A stretch of 64,000 bases of DNA from Bugula neritina (taxonomy: Eukaryota; Animalia; Bryozoa), in NCBI GenBank assembly GCA_964035545.1, contig OZ037766.1, positions 30,742,773 to 30,806,772 on the forward strand, in the 5' to 3' direction. Position 1 is the first letter of the stretch. The number at the start of each line of letters is the position of its first letter. Position numbers and translations under genes: made by a program. This document shows positions 56,273 to 64,000 of the stretch, piece by piece. The notes under the pieces are model-generated. The model was not told the DNA's origin, made no database searches, and worked only from the letters and a program-made list of their open reading frames with translations.

Positions 56273-57776
56273 ATTTTCTGTTAATAGCTATTTTTGTTGT
56301 GAGTAAATATAATAATTTATCTAATTTTTGTGTTTCCTTAGTTACGCCTATTTTTTGCATAATATACTTGATTCCCTTTCCATTATTTTGAAATATAAAC
56401 AAAAAGTGCAAATATGACAGAAATTGAAGTAAAGTAAATTTTCTATTTATAGCTATATATTTTTGTTGTTTGTAAAAATTTACTCAGTTTAATTATATAA
56501 TAATTAATTTAATTTTTTGTATTTTGCTATCTGTGCATATTTTGTATATGTGTTTACTTCATTAGATTGCGCTTTTATTATTTTGAAATATAAATAAAAA
56601 ATTGAAAGAATAAAAATTTGGTGCTTGAATATTCTAAGAGCAAATATTTTTCTAAAGATTAAAAAGTTTTCAGAATTCCACATAGCTAGCATTGTGACAA
56701 CCTAATTTTTTACAAAAAGTTAACATTCCAGTATATTTAATATTGTCTTGTCTTCAATAAAGTTTGCCTTGTTGGTGTTATTGAATTCAACAACTGACTT
56801 GTAAAATAGTAATATAATACACACCATAATAAACTTAGAATAATAATGCCTCATACAATTAAAGTCATGCTCAGTAATTTAATTGTTTGTATTTAATAAC
56901 AAAGTCATTTAAAGAGGTGTATACAAACTTTTTAGACCTTTATACAATTTTTGGCATATGAAATATTTGCACTACAAATCAACTTTTGCAAAAGTTACTT
57001 TTCTCTTCAAAAACTTATTAGATGAAGTTATTGCATTCAAAAGAATAGAAGATTATATAATTATGGCGTAAGTAAATATTTTGAAGCAATTGTTATAAAG
57101 AACTTTTGTCAACAGCCAAATTACCTGACTGTGAGAGATATTTTAGTTTATCTTGTTCACCTTGTCAGAAATGATTTCATTTATATATTATATAACTACA
57201 GTATATATATAGCTTACTATACATTTAAACAGACCCAAAACCTACAAATAAAATTACTTAAAAAAAAGTACGTTAGACTTTATAAAATTTGTGTAATATT
57301 GCTTGTAGATACACTGAAAAAAAAACCTGTTTTCGAGCATAATTTAAATTTAAATAATATACATGTTTTTTGCAGACATGACCAGTTTTTTAAAGTAAAC
57401 TTATAAGAAATTAAGACATTCATTATTCATAATGAGCTGCATGCATGGCCACTCAAACACAATGCTTTATTGACCACTCAGCATGTTTGGGCTAATTTAA
57501 TTTTCAGCCGCTGTTTATGAATTTTGACAAATATGAAAGTTTCACCAAAGAATACAATTTTATCATTATAGGAATATTAATATGAGTATTTTACGAATGA
57601 TATTTTTGCAGGGTTGCATGCAAAGCTGAAAGTTTCTATACTAATTCATAACTTATCACAGTTTATTATAATAAAGCTACTTTATATATATAATTCTATA
57701 ACATAATAATTTGCATTTTTACAACAATTCAATACAGTTAATGCTGTGTTTGATTTATTGAAACGTTGCTCTAACA

Positions 57777-60700
57777 ATGGATGCACCAAGCATTATGTGG
57801 TGCCAGTTTAGCCAGCACGTACCATGTTTTGTTACTATGTGGCAAGTTGGGAATTACCTGCTCACACTATCTCATCTGCTAGTTCAACTCGTCCCTGCTC
57901 AAGCGTACACATTCGAAGGTAAAACAAGCTTTATACATTCTTAGCTTTTTTGAAGTCTTAGTTTCAGCATATTGTAATCTGTCACTTGAAATGAATGGGA
58001 AAAATGTAAACTCAAGCTTCAGTCTCTTTTATATTTCACGCGTATTTGCAATTATTTTTCACTCAATTTGTAACACTGGCATCAGGGTGGTCTAAAACAA
58101 ACCTTAAATAAAGATGAAGTTAGTAAATGGTAGATGTAGTGGCACAAAAAGTGTTGCATATAATTTTAGATGTAGAGAAAGATAAATACTTGTAAATGTA
58201 GAGAAGAATAAGGTATTTAATGTACTTTTAGATGTAGAAGAATAGATAAGATAGCGAGTTTATTTGTAGATGTTCGAGAGAGAACCTGTACAGGAAATAG
58301 CATGACAGATTTCCCCGACGAGACTCTGATAACAAAGAGAAACTACCTGAGTAACAAGTACACCGGTTGTTACTATGTCAACGGAAACATAAACATACCT
58401 TCGCAGGTGTATCTGGGGAATGAACTTGACTTCCTGAATGACATCATTGATGTCTCTGGTTACATCAGATTGGAAGGTATACACTGTTTGCATGCTTAAA
58501 CCTCTTTCTGTTGGCTAACATATGTCTTTTTCTCTGCCTGCCTGCCTGTCTGTCTGTCTGTCTGTCTCTCTGTCTGTCTGTTTGTCTGTGTGTGTGTGTC
58601 TGTCTGTTTGTCTACTTACATTTCTCTCTCTCTCTATCTCTCTCTCTGTGTCTGCTTGTCTGCCTGTGTGTCCCCATGTTTGTCTGCTTATATTAAATAA
58701 ATCTGATGCAAAACTCATAATAAATTCAAATACTTTATTTAGACATATATACAATAATTTATAATGTAGATCAATGTTATTTTTATACTTTTTGTTTTAT
58801 ATACGAATTAGGCAGCATATTTCAATTTAAGTAATTTTATTGTTTTCAAAAGTTGGTACACATTCTCGCAGGTAGAGACACGTCACTGAGAGGAACTAAA
58901 GCTCTTGAAAAGCTGAGAACTGTAAGAGGTTCAGAGCTAACCTCGGGCAGTACGGAGAAGTCCCAGTACAGCCTTTTCATCGATATGTTAGGACCTCAAA
59001 CCGTCAGGTTGAAATCATTGTTGCGTAGGTTTGTGCATGGTTGTAGCTATTCTTTCTTGATTTCTAAACCATCTTTTACATGGAAGCTTTTTTTATAAAA
59101 AGTCAAAATAAAATTTGTTTGAAATAAAATTCAGTAACTGCATTTTACACACAAAACTGTTAGTGCAAACACTTCTAAACCTTTGCTTTTCTCACCAATA
59201 GGCAGTCATCAAAAGTAGTACATAATTCCCATTACAAATCTTTTGTTTATATTTGATGTTGACAATATTTTAGGCTCCATACATTTATTATTGCTGCAGA
59301 ATATGATATAAAAATTGCTTATTAACAGCCTACTCTAAACTATGTAAAACACTAATAGATTAATAAAAAGAGTTATATAGAAGTCTTGTAAGTTGGTTCT
59401 ACCAATCTTTTTTGTAGCACTGAGTGAATATAAAAAGTATATATACACCATATTTATAGTTTTTTTGTAAATTTGCTCTTGCATCAATCAATTTCAACAG
59501 AATCTTTAAAACTTAAAGCCAAACAGTTCTAATACATGTTTTATTTCTTTTAATAAAAACTCTCTGGCTCACATATAAAACTACAAACCAATTCCAAACA
59601 ACAAAACTAATTTGCAATATGTGAACGCACTTGTTTTAGACTTAGCACTTTTTAAACTGTAGGAATAGAAAGAGGAGATGTCTACATACGTTCCGATAAC
59701 TGTCACCTATCAACTATTGACTGGGGACCCCTACTAGCTTATCCCTACTTCCAGAGTGTCAACGTAACTTCACCACCAAATTATTGTACCTCCAGAGGTG
59801 AGCAAGAATATCTTCTACAAAACAATGTCATCAAAGTATATCACTTTATATATGATGTGATTTCATTTTGATGAAGTCAAAAACTATTAGACTGGAAGCT
59901 TTAAATCATTTGTACCTAAACTTTAAATTAACGCTAGCGCTTTTTGATTAATAATATCATGTCTACGTGCTGTCCTTTGGTTGCCATCAATCACCTATGT
60001 GTATGCAACAAAACTATAATGCAGTTCGTTTTAATAGTTCTTTGTCTGATGCAAATATTCATCTACAATATAGCTGAAAATACATATAAACTACGTGTAA
60101 TAGTCATAATAATTATACTAATTCATATTATTGTTTCTATAACCTTGCTGTCACTATAGAACAGTGTGTGGAGTAGAAGAGAGGTGTGGGAAAAACTGTT
60201 AGTAATTAATCAATGAGGTGTCAAACGACATAAATCAACCAGCCTGTACGCTAAGACAGTGCAGTGTTGGAGATTTTAATGCTAACCGAGTGTTTTGAAA
60301 CTCAAACTGTAACTGATGCATGCAACTATAATTAGCATATTTTGTGCATGGAGTCACAAAACATCCTCTTGTCTTCTTAAGGGTTAACCTTGCCGTGGCG
60401 CCGGTGCATATTTTTAGTAACATCACTAATAAGTTTCAATCCTTGGCCTGCTTGTGTAGTGAAAAAGGTTATATCTAAATTAGGGTAAGAACACGACGTT
60501 TTGCATATTATGTTCTTTCTAAATTTTACAGATGTTTTGCAATATACTTTATTAGTTAATATAGTTAGTTGAACACTCAAATCTTGTATAATAATTTATC
60601 TTGTAGATGAATCAGTTTGCCCCACTGAGTGCTCACATGGTCACTGCTGGACTGACAACCCTGGCAACTGTCAGTTAAATTGTCACTTTGCATGTGGTGA

Positions 60701-63700
60701 CCTTGGTTGCTATGGTGAAGGTGAACAAGAGTGTTGTCATAGAGATTGTGGTAGGACATGCAATGGATCACAGTCTACAGACTGCAGATTGGTGAGCAAC
60801 TGAGTGTCAGATTTTGCTAATATGGTAAGGGGTGTATATAGCAAGGGGTGTATTATAGCAAGTGGTGTATATACGTAGTAAGGGGTGTATAGAGCAGAAG
60901 TGTAAATAACAAAGGGTGTATATAGCAAGGGGTGTATATATGACAAGGAGTGTATATAACAAGGAGTATATATAACAAGGAGTGTACATAGCAAGGGGTG
61001 TATATGGCAAGGAGTGTATATAGAAAAATGTTTGTATAAGGCATGTGTTTAACAGGAAGTGTATAAAAATAGTGTAAAGTGATTGTACCTATTAAACACT
61101 GTATACAGCAATGAGTTCGCGGCAGCCTAGCCAAAGTATATGACAGAAAACATTTCTTTAATTTTATTTTACACCCTTTTTTAATTTAAAGTTGAATAAA
61201 CTAGCAATTTTACAAGTTACAATAGCAACTTTCTACTTTTAACTTCATTTTTAAAGTCTCAATTTTCATTTGGTATCTCCATTTATATCAAGTTTGACAA
61301 AAAATTTAAATACAATTGCATTAAGACTATTATTGAAATATCTAAGTAGACAGCATTAAATTATTTTCTCTAGATTCTAGACCATGATGTCTGGTTTGTT
61401 TGACAGTTTGATGGATGCTCAGGGTACTATGACTCTAGTGGAAAGTGTCTAGACACATGTACAGATGAATATAGTTCAGGTTTAGAGAGATTAGCACAGA
61501 GAGTTGCTCTAAACAACAAGTTCTGTCTTGACAAATGCCCAAAAGGTAGTTTCTGTATAAAAGCTAAGCATTTCATTTGAATATCTTCATTCAGACAAAT
61601 ACTTGATTTTTGCTGCTGAAAATTTAAATTCAACCTATAAACATTTTGCTTACCTAAAAAGCAAATTTGTAACTAGCACTAGCATCTTTACGTTGTTTAA
61701 AAACTGCTGCCAATAGTTGAATATTTTATTTTATGCATATAGTTGTGGTTTTGATTATGTGTACATAATCTGCAAGTACTATAGAAGCTGTAGAACTTAG
61801 AATCAGCATGTATTATAGCCTAAATATATTATAGCTATTAAGTATCATAGCTATTATAGCTAGCTTAGAATGTAGATAACACTGATTGGTGCCGATGAGA
61901 TTACCACTTGACTATAGCTGATGATATACATCTACACAATATATAATTTAACAATCGTTAGCTTTAGCATATAATATAATATCTTAATACATTGTAATAC
62001 AGAAAAATATTTTTCTGTCCAAAGGAGATGGAAACTTTGCACTAAACATGACAGCCATGAAAAGTAGGTCATATTACGAGGTCTTCTCTGCTAACAAGAT
62101 GATAAGTCAAGCTGCCGCTGCCGTGGATGGACTAACAGACATTGGTGACCTCTCCTTGACCCCAGAAACAACCAACCAATGGTGGACGGTCAAACTTAGA
62201 CAACTTATTGAGCTTCTCTTTGCAAATGTTTACTTACAGAAGAGAGATTCTGAAGATGCATGTGGTGGGTTATACGCAGCACAGTCAAATCCCACCAAGC
62301 CTTGATTTTAAATATCAGAATATTTATATATTTTTTTATTCTGCATGATAACATTCTAAAACTGTCTTAACCCTTCAAACCTCATAACATATTTGAACTA
62401 AAGAAACTACTTTGTAAATCATCAACATTGAAGATGCATTTACAATACTGGGGTTTTTCTAAATATTACATTTAGATGTGTAAAATGTTATATAAAAACC
62501 TAAACGTTTGGGCTATCAAAAATTCCTTTTACAAATCAGAAGCTTTAGCAAACTCTTGTGGAGTTGTAGGTCACTACTCCCTGAGAGAGACTCATTACCT
62601 GATCTCAAACTTGACCTACATAAGAGATGACCCTCACCCTGGTAACCCTGGCTGGAAATCCTGCACCTACCGGCATGACAGCTCTTTAACAGAGTTTACT
62701 GTAGTTTGTGACGAGTATGACCCCACCCCTGTAACTAAGCACTTTGCTATAAGGACCACAGGGCAATTTGCTGGTGGAATACAGCTAAGAGAAGTTGAAG
62801 TTTTTGGACTGGGTAAATGTACTAACAACTGGGCATATAGAATAACAATTATATCTTAGTGTATAACTAATTTGCATTATAAAATAATCTTTAGTTGATA
62901 TACTGTAGCAATAATCTTGAGTAACCAGTACAATATTATTTTCTCTTGCAGTGATTGAATGTTACAAAATGGTAAAACAAGTTGAAATATCACACAAGGA
63001 AAGCTAGTTATAATTTAAGAAAATATTTTTAATTATTTTAAATAAAAGATTTTCAAAAACCTATTTAAAAACAAACTTGAAGTAACACTATTTCATGGCC
63101 AGTACCTGTTGTAGACATTTTTGATTTATCAATAAAAGGGAAAAAATGTAGAAATAAAATTAGGAGAAAGTTTTGTTTTTCAATTAAAAGTACTAGTTAC
63201 AATGTGAAGTTGTCCTATTGATATAAATACAGGTCTGCTTCTATGATATAATTGAAATCAATTACACATTTTATAAATACTAGCATAAAGAGTTCACTGT
63301 AAATAGCATTTTGAATTTTAAAATCAATTTAACACAAAATACAGTCTGTAATAAAATTAGTTATGATTAGTTACAAGGCAGTTCTTTTCATTGCAAGTAA
63401 GATAAGTATAAATAAAATTATAAATTAAATAGAATAGCAGATATGAAAATAAAAAATGCAATGCATCTTTTAAATACTATAATGTTTTCCAAGTATTACG
63501 GAGTTATCCTACATTCATCTGTAGAAAACATAAACTTAGCTACCACAGAGACGAATGTGGGAACTTATTCTAACAACCAGGGACAAGCATCAGTACTAAA
63601 TGATGGCAGAAGAGATTCTGCGAGTACGTTCAGGGCGGCATCATCTTTCTGGGCGCTATCATTTGGTCGCGACGTGAAGTTGTCATATGTGAAGATATTT

Positions 63701-63740
63701 CTTGACTCTCACACAAACCTCTGTTCTTCTCAAGACTGCA
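57777..63740 (+). CDS. EGFR-like L domain plus furin-like Cys-rich domain plus at least two F-type-lectin/F5-8C-like domains; 3' end beyond the window (exons 57777-57918, 58270-58476, 58872-59024, 59663-59797, 60607-60791, 61407-61545, 62025-62264, 62570-62812, 63525-63740)
   Basis: Signal-peptide-like ...LLVQLVPAQA; CTG...KYTGCYYVNGNINI...LDFLNDIIDVSGYI, LEKLRTVRG, IERGDVYI...CHLSTIDW (EGFR domain I); CPTECSHGHCW...CCHRDCGRTCNG...CLDTC...CLDKCP (domain II); then NFAL...AVDG...WWTVKL...LREVEVFG and NLA...LNDG...FWALSF. Phases are compatible throughout. Confidence 0.8.
58533..58672. repeat. Compound (CTGT)n/(GT)n/(CT)n microsatellite
   Basis: Direct reading. Confidence 0.9.
60825..61025. repeat. 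~18-bp minisatellite (caaggrgtgtatatarc)
   Basis: Direct reading. Confidence 0.85.
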
Positions 63741-64000
63741 GTAAGTTGAACAATATGTCTAGTGACAGTTATAAAATGGGCTTTGGTTTTAGGCATTATA
63801 TAAGATTATCTGTTATTGTAGAGAGACAATATGTGCTGAAATAGTCATTTCAAACCAAATTTATTTAGCAGAGTATAAACAGTGCTGTCAAAAGTATAAT
63901 AGGCTTACAATGCAATTATATGAAAAAAATAAAATGCGGTTTGCAAGGTTTTGAATGTTGCTGTCTGAGCATGTATTTAAAAATCTGTAATTGTTACTGG

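Overview
AT-rich, intron-rich genomic DNA from an invertebrate animal; the organism cannot be fixed from the sequence, and there are no prokaryotic features. Gene order: partial DCN1-like gene (DCUN1D, minus, runs off the left edge); a PARL-type rhomboid protease with an intronless CDS (minus); a ~44-kb MEGF8 gene of about 48 coding exons (plus, 8027-52142), whose 8.5-kb intron holds a complete 9-exon DUOXA gene on the opposite strand; a secreted PAN/apple plus F-type lectin gene; and a partial gene at the right edge that joins EGFR-like domains I-II (L domain plus furin-like) directly to tandem F-type-lectin/discoidin-like domains instead of EGFR domain III. Mobile DNA includes a solo LTR with heat-shock-element motifs, a LINE 3' fragment, an ISL2EU-like element with 510-bp terminal inverted repeats, a hAT MITE, a possible Sola-type element and a tRNA-derived SINE. 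Many minisatellites sit on, and copy, splice sites. All exon models were assembled by hand from splice signals and reading frame and are not confirmed by transcripts.
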